Shown here in pieces: positions 28,371 to 36,873 of a stretch of 64,000 nucleotides of DNA; the stretch's first letter is position 1; every line of letters starts with the position of its first letter. Position numbers and translations under genes: made by a program. The notes beneath the pieces are model-generated. The model saw only the letters and a program-made list of their open reading frames with translations. It made no database searches and was not told where the DNA came from. This stretch comes from an uncultured Gemmatimonadaceae bacterium. Lineage in GTDB: Bacteria; Gemmatimonadota; Gemmatimonadetes; Gemmatimonadales; Gemmatimonadaceae. The stretch is from NCBI GenBank assembly GCA_963790305.1, contig CAWBOC010000007.1, positions 32,001 through 96,000 on the forward strand. The letters are read 5' to 3'.

Positions 28371-29292
28371 GGAGTTCCGGCCATGCCTTTACAATCGCCT
28401 CCCCCATCCGCGCGATTGTGACCTGGGCCTCGTTGTCGATGCGCCAGCTGCGGTCTTCGTTGTCTTTCGTGAGCACGCAGGCGACGACGCGGGTCTGGCG
28501 GAAGAACAGTGCGCAGTCGGTCCGCACCTGATCGGTGCCTCCCCACTTGTGGGCCGAGCGCGTGCCGGCGGCATAGCGCAGCAGGAGCGCCGAGTTGTCG
28601 CCGTTCTCGAGCATCCGCAGCATCGTCGAGTCCGCGGCCGGGCTCACTGCCTTGCCACGCGCGATCAGCTCGAACAAGGTCGCCATCTCGTTCGGCGTCG
28701 TAACCCCGAAGCCGTACTTCACCGAGCTGTCCATCGCCACACTGGCGATGCGCAGGAAGCTTTTCGAGTGGACCTTCGTATGTGGCAGCCCGAGCGCTTC
28801 CATCTTCTCCCACACGCGCCGAATGATGATCCGATCGAGGATGAGATTTGTCGCGGTGTTGTCGCTCAGCGTCATCATGAGCCACGCCGCATCGCTCACC
28901 GTGAGGGTCGACCCGGGCTTGAAGAACTGGAGCACCCCTGAGCCGGGAACCTGATCGATCGCGAGCACCGTGAGCGGATCGTCGAGGGCGAGCTTCTTCT
29001 GCTCGATCAGGTCGAAGAGCGTGACCAGGATCGGGACCTTGATCAGGCTCGCGGTCGAGAACGTCTCATCGCCGCGTCGCTCGAGTCGCTCCCCGGTATC
29101 GACGTTGCGCACGGCATAGCCGACGACGCCGCGGTGCGAACCGGCTATCGAATCGAGGGTGCGGCGCAGCGCGGTGGTATCGGCGCGCTGCGGTGCGGCG
29201 ACGGTCCCGACCTGTCCCTGCGCGCACGCCGGCAGGAGAAGAAGCAGCGCCAGCGGCGCGAAGCGGCGCCGCGTGGGGCCAGGACCGATCAC
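28360..29292 (-). CDS. Class A beta-lactamase-like serine hydrolase (lipoprotein)
   Basis: Lipobox LPAC; SLIK (SxxK), SDN, and HKWG in place of KTG. Confidence 0.88.
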   Translation of the reverse strand: MIGPGPTRRRFAPLALLLLLPACAQGQVGTVAAPQRADTTALRRTLDSIAGSHRGVVGYAVRNVDTGERLERRGDETFSTASLIKVPILVTLFDLIEQKKLALDDPLTVLAIDQVPGSGVLQFFKPGSTLTVSDAAWLMMTLSDNTATNLILDRIIIRRVWEKMEALGLPHTKVHSKSFLRIASVAMDSSVKYGFGVTTPNEMATLFELIARGKAVSPAADSTMLRMLENGDNSALLLRYAAGTRSAHKWGGTDQVRTDCALFFRQTRVVACVLTKDNEDRSWRIDNEAQVTIARMGEAIVKAWPELQRR

Positions 29293-29318
29293 GGGCCGAT
29301 CGGCGTCAGCCCGGCTCG

Positions 29319-29546
29319 TCAGGCGTCGGGGAATTCGTCGGCCTTGCGGCTCTCGACGAGCTCCCGCTCACCCGAGGTCTTGTCGTATACCGCCAGCACC
29401 TTGATCGTCTCGCCGGCGTACGCGTCGAACGTCTTGCCGCCGCCTTTCTTGACGATGATCTCATGGCCGTCCTCGAACCGCAGAACGACGACCGGATGTT
29501 CGCTGTTGACGTACTGTTTGCGAAGCTTTTTGGGAGCGGAAGGCAT
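29319..29546 (-). CDS. Small beta-rich hypothetical protein
   Basis: MPSAPKKLRKQYVNSEHPVVVLRFEDG..., strong codon bias. Confidence 0.75.
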   Translation of the reverse strand: MPSAPKKLRKQYVNSEHPVVVLRFEDGHEIIVKKGGGKTFDAYAGETIKVLAVYDKTSGERELVESRKADEFPDA

Positions 29547-29580
29547 GGGAGCTGGGTGAAGGTCGCACGAAGATATAAAG

Positions 29581-29660
29581 GGAATGCGCAATGCGGAATG
29601 TGGGATGCGGACAACGGCCGTCACCCACGCTTCGTGTTCCGCATTCCGGATTCCGTATTC
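29581..29660. repeat. GCGGAAT heptamer tandem inverted repeat
   Basis: ggaatgcgcaatgcggaatgtgggatgcgga facing ttccgcattccggattccgtattc. Confidence 0.7.
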
Positions 29661-29664
29661 TGTC

Positions 29665-30855
29665 CTATGTCACGACCGCCCTCTCCCCCGTAAACTTCTT
29701 CCACTCCTCGCGTTCCAGAATCTCGTCCATCGCCGCCACCGCGAGCTCCAGCTCCTCGTCGCTCGTGTAGAAGTGTGGAGCAATGCGGATTCCCGCCTCC
29801 GGCCGATAGTCCACGAGGATGTCGCGCTCGAGGAGCGCTTTCGATACCTCGTAGGCGTGTGGGACCCGAATCGCCACCGTCCCGCCTCGGCGCTCAGGGT
29901 CTCGCGAGGCGTGCACGCGAAAGCCGCGATCGTCGGCCAGCTGGATCAGCCGGGCGGTCTGGCGGAGGCTCTTCGCGCGGATGGCCGCGATCCCCGCACG
30001 CTTCACGATCCGCGGACCCTCGATCGCGGCATACAGCGCCGGGATCACCGGCGTCCCGTTCAGCCAGCGGAATGCGCCGCCGGCATAGTCCATCTCCGGC
30101 TCGAACGCAAATGGGCGCGCGTGCGCCTGCCATCCCGTCAGTGCGGGCTCCAGCGTATCGCGCACCGCCGGCGCGACGTAGAGAAAGCAGGCCCCCGGTC
30201 CGCCGCACAGCCACTTCAACACACCGCCGGTCACGAAGTCGGCACCGCTACGCCCGACGTCGACTGGAACGACGCCCACCGCATGAAACGCGTCGAGCGA
30301 CACGAGCGCGCCGGCCTCGTGCGCAGCACGGCAGATCGCCTCGACCTCCATGACGTACGCCGAGCGAAAGAGCACGTGGGAGATCGACACCAGCCGCGTA
30401 CGCTCATCGATCGCGTCGATGACGCGCTGCGTATCGACCGCAATGCCATCGTCGCTCTCGACGACCTTGATGCGCGCGCCGAATCGCGTTGCGAGTCGGT
30501 CGTAGACGTACCGGACGGAAGGGAAATCCAGCGCGGTCATCACGATGGTGTCGCGGGGCGGCGTGTAGTCGAGCGCCGAGAGGACCGCCGCCTGCGCGCT
30601 CGTCACGTTGGCAACCATGGCCACCTCCCCACTCCCGGCACCAAGCAGCGGCGCGACCTCATTCCCCACCGTCACCGGCATCTCCCACCATCCGCGCGCC
30701 CAGGCCCGCACACCCAGCTCCGCCCACTCGTCGACGTACTCGGCGAGTCGCTCGGGGACCGCGCGCGGCATGGCCCCGAGCGAGTTCGACACGAGGTACG
30801 TGGTGGTCGAGAGGATGGGAAACTCGGCGCGATAGGCGAGGAGCTTGTCGATCAT
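29665..30855 (-). CDS. Kynureninase-like class V PLP enzyme
   Basis: YLVSNSLGAMP, DFPSVRY, DAFHAVG, GGVLKWLCGGPG, GWQAH. Confidence 0.85.
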   Translation of the reverse strand: MIDKLLAYRAEFPILSTTTYLVSNSLGAMPRAVPERLAEYVDEWAELGVRAWARGWWEMPVTVGNEVAPLLGAGSGEVAMVANVTSAQAAVLSALDYTPPRDTIVMTALDFPSVRYVYDRLATRFGARIKVVESDDGIAVDTQRVIDAIDERTRLVSISHVLFRSAYVMEVEAICRAAHEAGALVSLDAFHAVGVVPVDVGRSGADFVTGGVLKWLCGGPGACFLYVAPAVRDTLEPALTGWQAHARPFAFEPEMDYAGGAFRWLNGTPVIPALYAAIEGPRIVKRAGIAAIRAKSLRQTARLIQLADDRGFRVHASRDPERRGGTVAIRVPHAYEVSKALLERDILVDYRPEAGIRIAPHFYTSDEELELAVAAMDEILEREEWKKFTGERAVVT

Positions 30856-32174
30856 GCGGCGCGCTCCCGCCGCGAGCGATGCGCGCCGGAGAGGACGTAC
30901 AGCAATGACGCCGCGACGAGCACCGCACCTACAACGAGAAACTCGCGCCCAGTGGCGGCAGACAGCAGCCAGACGATCACCGCGACGGCCAGCACCGGCA
31001 CGAGCGCGCCGCCCGGCATCCGGAACGGCGTCGCACCCTCGACGCGCACGTCGCGCCGGCGAAGGATCCACGCGGCGATACAGCAGACAAGATAGAGCAC
31101 CAGCGTCGAGACCGTAGCGAGGACGGCGAGGCGTCCGAACGAGCTGGTGATCGCGAGGACCGCACACACCAGCGCCTGTGTGATAATCGCGACGTGCGGC
31201 GTGTGGAAGCGCGGATGCACCCGCGCGAACGCGGCCGGCAGCACGCCATCACGCCCGAACGCGAAGAGCACGCGTGGGGTCGCCAGCATCATTCCGCTCT
31301 GATGGCCGAAGGTCGAGATCGCGGCGCCCACGCCAAGCAACACCCCGAAGGGAATCGCGATGCGGCTCGCCGCCGCCGTGAGCGGCGCGGACTCGGTGGC
31401 GAGCGCGGGCCCCAGGATCCCTTGCGCCACCAGCTGGAGTGCGATGTAGAGCACCGTCACACCCACGAGCGCGATGAAGAGCGCCCTCGGCACCGTGCGC
31501 GCGGGATCCTTCACCTCGCCGCTGGGAACGAGGGCGCTCTCGATTCCCGCGAACGCGAAGAAGAGCACGATCGACGTCCGGCCAATGTCGGCCATCGCCG
31601 GCGTTCGCTGCCATTCGAGCTGTGCCGGGTCGATGTAAAACATGCCTACGAGAACCAGCGCGACGAGAGGAAACAGCTTCGCGATGGTGACGATCTCGAT
31701 GAGCCTCGTACTCTGCCGCACGCCACGGACATTGATCACGCCGAGGACCGCGAACAGGGTCGCGAGGAGGAGACCTCGCCCCAACCCGTCACCCAGCGCC
31801 GGGAAAAACGCCGCGAGCGATGCGACGAACACGCTCGCCACCGCCGCCGTCGCAAACGATATGACCAGCCAGAGCAGCACACCGCTCAGAAACCCGACGA
31901 ATCCGCCGAGCGCGACCTCCACGTACGCGTACGGCCCTCCGGAGAGAGACACGCGGCTTCCCGCCTCCGCGAAGCACAGAACGATGAGCCCCATCGCCAC
32001 TGCGCAGACGACATATGCCACCGGTGCGGCCGCACCCAGACCCTGTGCGACTTCCGAGGGAAGTCCGAATATCCCCCCTCCGACGATGACGTTGAACGTC
32101 GTGGCAGCAAGCGCGCGGACGCCGAGTGCTCGAACGAGTTGGCGCTCGGCGGCGTGCATGGAGGGGGCGGTCAT
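30852..32174 (-). CDS. APC family amino acid permease
   Basis: IVGGGIF, GGPYAY, FAFAGIE, GEVKDPARTVPRA, HPRFHTP; about 12 TMs. Confidence 0.93.
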   Translation of the reverse strand: MTAPSMHAAERQLVRALGVRALAATTFNVIVGGGIFGLPSEVAQGLGAAAPVAYVVCAVAMGLIVLCFAEAGSRVSLSGGPYAYVEVALGGFVGFLSGVLLWLVISFATAAVASVFVASLAAFFPALGDGLGRGLLLATLFAVLGVINVRGVRQSTRLIEIVTIAKLFPLVALVLVGMFYIDPAQLEWQRTPAMADIGRTSIVLFFAFAGIESALVPSGEVKDPARTVPRALFIALVGVTVLYIALQLVAQGILGPALATESAPLTAAASRIAIPFGVLLGVGAAISTFGHQSGMMLATPRVLFAFGRDGVLPAAFARVHPRFHTPHVAIITQALVCAVLAITSSFGRLAVLATVSTLVLYLVCCIAAWILRRRDVRVEGATPFRMPGGALVPVLAVAVIVWLLSAATGREFLVVGAVLVAASLLYVLSGAHRSRRERAA

Positions 32175-32340
32175 GGCGGGAATCTGCGGCCGACGGGGAT
32201 CGTTGTCAGGTGGTGGCCCGGGGAGGAGGTCTCCAGGAACACCCGAAACGGGCATGCGCCGTGCACGTCCAGGCGCGCGCAGACGCGAGGGCAAACTTTC
32301 GCCCTGTCGTTCGAGACTGTTTCCTCCAACCCCAAGAATC

Positions 32341-32670
32341 GTGAACGTCCGACACCTGCTGACCGCCGCGGTCGTGCTGACCACTGTCGCCGCGGCACCA
32401 TCGGCTCGCGCTCAAGCCGGCGACGCGCGGCCCCGCACTGGCCCCACGGTCCTTGCCGCAAGCGCCGCCGTGCGTCCTGACCTGCAAATCGGCGCAAGCG
32501 TCCCTCGTGCCCTGGACCTTCGCCAGCAGCTCCGGCGGAGTGAGACGCTCATGATCGTCGGGGGCGCGATCTTCCTCGCTGGCGCGATCATCGGGGACGA
32601 TGCCGGGACGATCATCATGATCGGCGGCGCCGGCATCGGCATTTACGGGCTGTATTTGTACTTGCAGTAG
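32341..32670 (+). CDS. Small exported protein with glycine-rich C-terminal membrane hairpin
   Basis: GTG start, signal peptide, LMIVGGAIFLAGAIIGDDAGTIIMIGGAGIGIYGLYLYLQ. Confidence 0.7.
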   Translation: MNVRHLLTAAVVLTTVAAAPSARAQAGDARPRTGPTVLAASAAVRPDLQIGASVPRALDLRQQLRRSETLMIVGGAIFLAGAIIGDDAGTIIMIGGAGIGIYGLYLYLQ

Positions 32671-32768
32671 AGGCGCTAGAGGCGCTAAAGGCGCTAGAGG
32701 CGCTAGAGGCGCTAGAGGCGCTAGAGGGCGGGGCTAGCGCCTCTAGCGCCTTTAGCGCCTCTAGCGCC
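32669..32768. repeat. GAGGCGCTA 9-mer tandem inverted repeat (about six units facing four)
   Basis: Direct reading of 32669-32768. Confidence 0.85.
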
Positions 32769-32821
32769 ATGAAACTTCACCCTCCCCTACTCGTGTACGA
32801 GAAGGGAGACAGGAGCCTCAA

Positions 32822-33925
32822 ATCAAACGCATAGCACTCGTCCTCGGCGGCGGCGGCCTCAAGGGGTTCGCCCATATCGGCGTCATTCGGGCCCTGCAGG
32901 AGCGCGGCATTGAACCCGTGCTCTTCGCGGGGACGAGCATCGGCGCGCTGATCGCGGCCGCCCACGCCGGGGGGATGAGTGTGCTCGAGATGTCGGAGCG
33001 CGCGCGGACGCTGCGCCGCCGCGACCTGTTTCGGATCAATCATCTCGGGATGCTCATGGAGCGCATGCGGTCGCCGTCGCTGTACCTCGAAGAACCGTTG
33101 CGCGCACTGTGCGATGCGATCTGTCCGCGCGGGACGTTCGAGGAGCTCGGCACACCGCTGCTGGTCAACACCGTCGACATCGAGCGCGGTACGCAGGTGA
33201 TGTGGGGATTGCCGGGACTCCGGCACGTCTCGATCGCCGACGCGGTGTATGCGTCGTGCGCATTGCCCGGATTCTTTCCGCCGGGTCGAGTCGATGGACG
33301 CACGTGCGTCGACGGGGGAACGATCGACAACATGCCCGTCGCGATCGCGGCCGTGGACATGGATGCGGTGATCGCCGTCGACGTCGGCAACTCCGACCTG
33401 TCCTCCTCGACGGATGTCAGCACGCAAGGATTCGCCGCGATCTACATGCGGGCCGCGAGCGTGATGATGCACGCGTTGCAGGAGGAGCCGCTGGCCCAGT
33501 GGCAGGGCCCGCCGATGCTGCTGATTCGCCCGCGCGTATCGCACCACGGGTGGTTCTCGTTCTCGAACGCCGCATCGCTCATCCAGACGGGATACGAGGC
33601 GGCGAATGGTGCGCTCGACCACGCCGAGCATACGCTGCAATCGGCGGGCGGCGTCCACCCACGGCGACGGATCAGGCTGAGCGTGGATCGCGACCGATGT
33701 ATCGGGTGTCGCACGTGCGTGGGCCTTGCTCCGTCGCTGATGGCGATGGACGGACACGGCAAGGCGATCGCGCGCGAACGGATTCTGGAGTGGTCGCCGG
33801 CGGATGGAGAGTTCGTCCGGCACTGTCCCACGTCGGCGATCATCGCCGAGCCGGTCGGGAGCGAGGATGAGCAGGAACGTCCCCGGCGGGCGGCGTCGCC
33901 GGGCGAGTCGTTGGCGGCCGACTAA
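32822..33925 (+). CDS. Patatin-like phospholipase fused to a C-terminal 4Fe-4S ferredoxin domain
   Basis: ALVLGGGGLKGFAHIG, GTSIG, DGG; C-terminal CIGCRTC...CP; reading frame extends upstream of the called ORF to an ATC at 32822. Confidence 0.88.
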   Translation: MKRIALVLGGGGLKGFAHIGVIRALQERGIEPVLFAGTSIGALIAAAHAGGMSVLEMSERARTLRRRDLFRINHLGMLMERMRSPSLYLEEPLRALCDAICPRGTFEELGTPLLVNTVDIERGTQVMWGLPGLRHVSIADAVYASCALPGFFPPGRVDGRTCVDGGTIDNMPVAIAAVDMDAVIAVDVGNSDLSSSTDVSTQGFAAIYMRAASVMMHALQEEPLAQWQGPPMLLIRPRVSHHGWFSFSNAASLIQTGYEAANGALDHAEHTLQSAGGVHPRRRIRLSVDRDRCIGCRTCVGLAPSLMAMDGHGKAIARERILEWSPADGEFVRHCPTSAIIAEPVGSEDEQERPRRAASPGESLAAD

Positions 33926-34323
33926 CCGTCGCGCTCGCGCTCCATGAGCGAGCGCACCGCTTCGAGAACGGCTTTTGGGTCCGCCGGCTTCGCGAGGTAC
34001 GCGTCGGCCCCCGCCTCCCGGATCTGCCGAACCTCGTCGGAAAGCGCGTGGGCGCTCAGTGCGAGAATCCTGATCCCGCGCAGCGTCCCATCGCCCCGGA
34101 CGGCGCGCAACACCTGGATGCCGTCCATCCGCGGCATCTGGATGTCCAGCACGACCGCATCCGGGTGCGAGACTTTCATCGACGCGAGCGTTTGCTCACC
34201 GTCGTGCGCCTCCAGAACGTCATAACCCATCGCCTCGAAGTAGTGGCGAAGGATGACGCGGGTGTCCTCGTGGTCGTCGGCGACGAGGATCGTCTGCTTA
34301 CGCTCGGTGATGTCGGGGGGCAT
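33922..34323 (-). CDS. Single-domain response regulator (DivK/CheY-like)
   Basis: VADD, LDIQMPRMDG, LSAHA, AKP. Confidence 0.92.
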   Translation of the reverse strand: MPPDITERKQTILVADDHEDTRVILRHYFEAMGYDVLEAHDGEQTLASMKVSHPDAVVLDIQMPRMDGIQVLRAVRGDGTLRGIRILALSAHALSDEVRQIREAGADAYLAKPADPKAVLEAVRSLMERERDG

Positions 34324-35365
34324 GGGAGGGGACGCGCGCAACGGGTGTGCCATCCTCCGCGAGCCGCTCGAGCGCCGCCAGAACCAGGCGCTCATATGCA
34401 TCGACCGCCGCGTGGAGCTCGTCGGTCTCGATGTGCTCATCATCACGGTGCGCGACGTTGATCGAGCCCGGTCCAAATAGATACGGTGTGCCCCACGCCG
34501 ACAGCACGGGAACGTCCGTGGCGTAGGCCACGACCGACGTGGGAAATCCCGCCATCGGCGAGAGCTTCACTGCGGGGATGCGCAAGACTTCGCGTATCTC
34601 GACACGATCGCGCGCCGCCTCGCGCACACGGGCGAGCACGTCGTCCGCATTCGACACGAGGCGGATCATCACCCGCGCGTGTGCCTCCGGGGCGACGACG
34701 TTGTCCGCGACACCCCCGGCAATCACGCCAACGTTGAGCGTGGTGTCCCCGAGCACCGGATCGGTCGGGAAGCCGAGCGCGCGCACGTCGTGGAGCACGT
34801 CGAGCAGCGTGTCGATCGCGGATCGTCCCAGGTGCGGATAGGCGGAATGGGCGGCGACACCTTCAGCGCGAACCAGCAAGCGAAGCGCGCCTTTGGTCCC
34901 CACGGCGAGCGTGCTCTCCGTCGGCTCTCCATTGATTAGCGCGCGACTCGTCGTCGGCCAGGAATTGGCGGCGTGGGCGCCATCGTGAGTGGTCTCTTCG
35001 CCAACGACGAAGAGGAGCGCCACCGGCACGTCGTTCGCCACGAGTCGCTCGGCGGCGCAAATCATTGCGGCCGCGATCCCCTTCGCATCGCACGCGCCAC
35101 GACCCCAAATACGGTCCCCCTCCAGACGAGGAGGGATAAAGGGCGGAACCGTGTCGAGGTGAGTAGAAAGGGTGACGAGTGGAGCGTCGCTCGCGACGGC
35201 GTAGATGTTGTCGCGACCCTGGCTGACGGGAATGCGATGCACCGTCCACCCGCGCGATTCGAGCGACGTCTGCGCGAAATGAATGACCTCACCCTCGCCA
35301 CCGCTCGTCGACTCGATGCGCATGAGGGCGAGCGTCAGGTCTACCGGATCAAGGGGCGTGTGCAC
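34298..35365 (-). CDS. M20 family metallohydrolase (ArgE/DapE-like)
   Basis: STHLDTVPP, GRGACDAKG, GEET, NGEPT, AHRDDE. Confidence 0.92.
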   Translation of the reverse strand: MHTPLDPVDLTLALMRIESTSGGEGEVIHFAQTSLESRGWTVHRIPVSQGRDNIYAVASDAPLVTLSTHLDTVPPFIPPRLEGDRIWGRGACDAKGIAAAMICAAERLVANDVPVALLFVVGEETTHDGAHAANSWPTTSRALINGEPTESTLAVGTKGALRLLVRAEGVAAHSAYPHLGRSAIDTLLDVLHDVRALGFPTDPVLGDTTLNVGVIAGGVADNVVAPEAHARVMIRLVSNADDVLARVREAARDRVEIREVLRIPAVKLSPMAGFPTSVVAYATDVPVLSAWGTPYLFGPGSINVAHRDDEHIETDELHAAVDAYERLVLAALERLAEDGTPVARVPSHAPRHHRA

Positions 35366-35458
35366 GGGTGGAGGAAGCGCAGTTCCGCATCGCTCCGCAA
35401 GGGCCGCGATATCGGCCCAGGGGTTTTCTTATGCGCCATCGGTCGCTATTCACGAGGT

Positions 35459-36859
35459 ATGGACGCGCGCCTCATCATCGTCTCCAACCGGCTGCCCGTG
35501 ACCGTCAAGGTCGAGGACGGGCATCCCATCGTGTCCAGAAGCGTGGGCGGGCTCACCACCGGCCTGCAGGCGCCGCACGACCGTTCGGGCGGTCTCTGGA
35601 TCGGGTGGCCAGGAGACATCGAGGGCCTCACCCCTGAGATGCGTGCCGACGTGGACCGTCAGCTCGCGGCGGCGCGCGCGATACCGATCTGCCTCACCGA
35701 CCGGGAAGTGAGACTGTTCTACGAGCAGATCTCGAACGAGGTGCTCTGGCCGATTTGCCACGATCGCATTGACCGGTTGCCGCTTCACGTCGAGGGCTGG
35801 GATGTGTACGAGGCCGTCAACGCGCGTTTCGCTGATGCTGTTGCCGAGCATTACCGGCCGGGCGATGTCGTGTGGGTTCACGACTATCAGCTGCTTCGGG
35901 TGCCCGCCCTGCTGCGCGAGAGAATTCCCGATGCGCGCATCGGATTCTTTCTGCACGTGCCGTTTCCGAATCCGGAAATCTTTTTCACGCTTCCCAACCG
36001 TCATTGGCTCGTCGAGGGCATGATGGGAGCCGATCTGGTGGGGTTTCATACGCGGCGGTACCACGGTCACTTCCGTGCCGCGCTCCGACGGCTCTTCTCC
36101 GTGGAGGCGGACAACGCCGGTATCGTCCGCTGGCATTCCCGTCGAGTGAAGCTCGGAGTCTTTCCCATCAGCATCGACGCAGCGGATTTCGCGAGCCGGG
36201 CCGCGGCGCGCGAGGTCGGCATCAAGACGAAGGAGTATCAGGGCTCCTCGCTACGCCTACTCGTCGGCATCGATCGGCTCGACTACAGCAAGGGCATACC
36301 GCGCCGGCTGATGGCGCTGAAGCGTCTCTTCATCCTGCACCCGGAGTGGCGCGAGCGCGTGCGACTCATTCAGGTCGCGGTGCCCACGCGCGACGGCGTG
36401 GATGCGTACCAGCGTTTTCGACGCGAGGTCAGCTCACTGGTGGGCCAGATCAACGGCGAGTTCGCGACGCCCACCTGGACTCCCATTCAGTACATCCACC
36501 GCAGCATTCCCGGCGACGTCCTGCTCGCCCTCTATCGTGCGGCCGACGTCATGCTGGTGACACCGCTGCGCGACGGGATGAATCTCGTGGCGAAGGAGTT
36601 TCCCGCCGCGCGAATCGATGACGACGGCGTGCTCATCCTGAGCGAGTTCGCCGGAGCCGCCGACGAGCTCACCGACGCGATCCTGGTGAATCCATACGAT
36701 GTGGACGGGACCGCTGAAGCGATCCACCGGGCATTGACGATGGACGTCACCGAGCGACGGCACCGAATGCGCCGTCTGCGCCACGTCGTGCAGGAGTACG
36801 ACGTGCATCGGTGGGCAGCGACGTTCCTCGAGGAGTTGGGCTCGATGGGAACGGACTGA
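35459..36859 (+). CDS. otsA: Trehalose-6-phosphate synthase
   Basis: IVSNRLP, WVHDYQL, FFLHVPFP, DRLDYSKG, DGMNLVAKE. Confidence 0.96.
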   Translation: MDARLIIVSNRLPVTVKVEDGHPIVSRSVGGLTTGLQAPHDRSGGLWIGWPGDIEGLTPEMRADVDRQLAAARAIPICLTDREVRLFYEQISNEVLWPICHDRIDRLPLHVEGWDVYEAVNARFADAVAEHYRPGDVVWVHDYQLLRVPALLRERIPDARIGFFLHVPFPNPEIFFTLPNRHWLVEGMMGADLVGFHTRRYHGHFRAALRRLFSVEADNAGIVRWHSRRVKLGVFPISIDAADFASRAAAREVGIKTKEYQGSSLRLLVGIDRLDYSKGIPRRLMALKRLFILHPEWRERVRLIQVAVPTRDGVDAYQRFRREVSSLVGQINGEFATPTWTPIQYIHRSIPGDVLLALYRAADVMLVTPLRDGMNLVAKEFPAARIDDDGVLILSEFAGAADELTDAILVNPYDVDGTAEAIHRALTMDVTERRHRMRRLRHVVQEYDVHRWAATFLEELGSMGTD

Positions 36860-36873
36860 CGAATACGCATTCG

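Noticed and set aside
29584..32670. Long plus-strand ORFs (503, 428, 342 aa) and similar antisense ORFs elsewhere
   Set aside because: Arg/Ala-rich shadow frames opposite well-supported genes, expected at high GC; only 32341-32670 is retained.
32669..32768. CRISPR-like arrays in the tandem repeats
   Set aside because: Units are 7-11 bp with no unique spacers, and there are no cas genes.
35459..36859. otsA without otsB, and psuG without psuK
   Set aside because: Partners may lie elsewhere in the genome; absence cannot be judged from one window.
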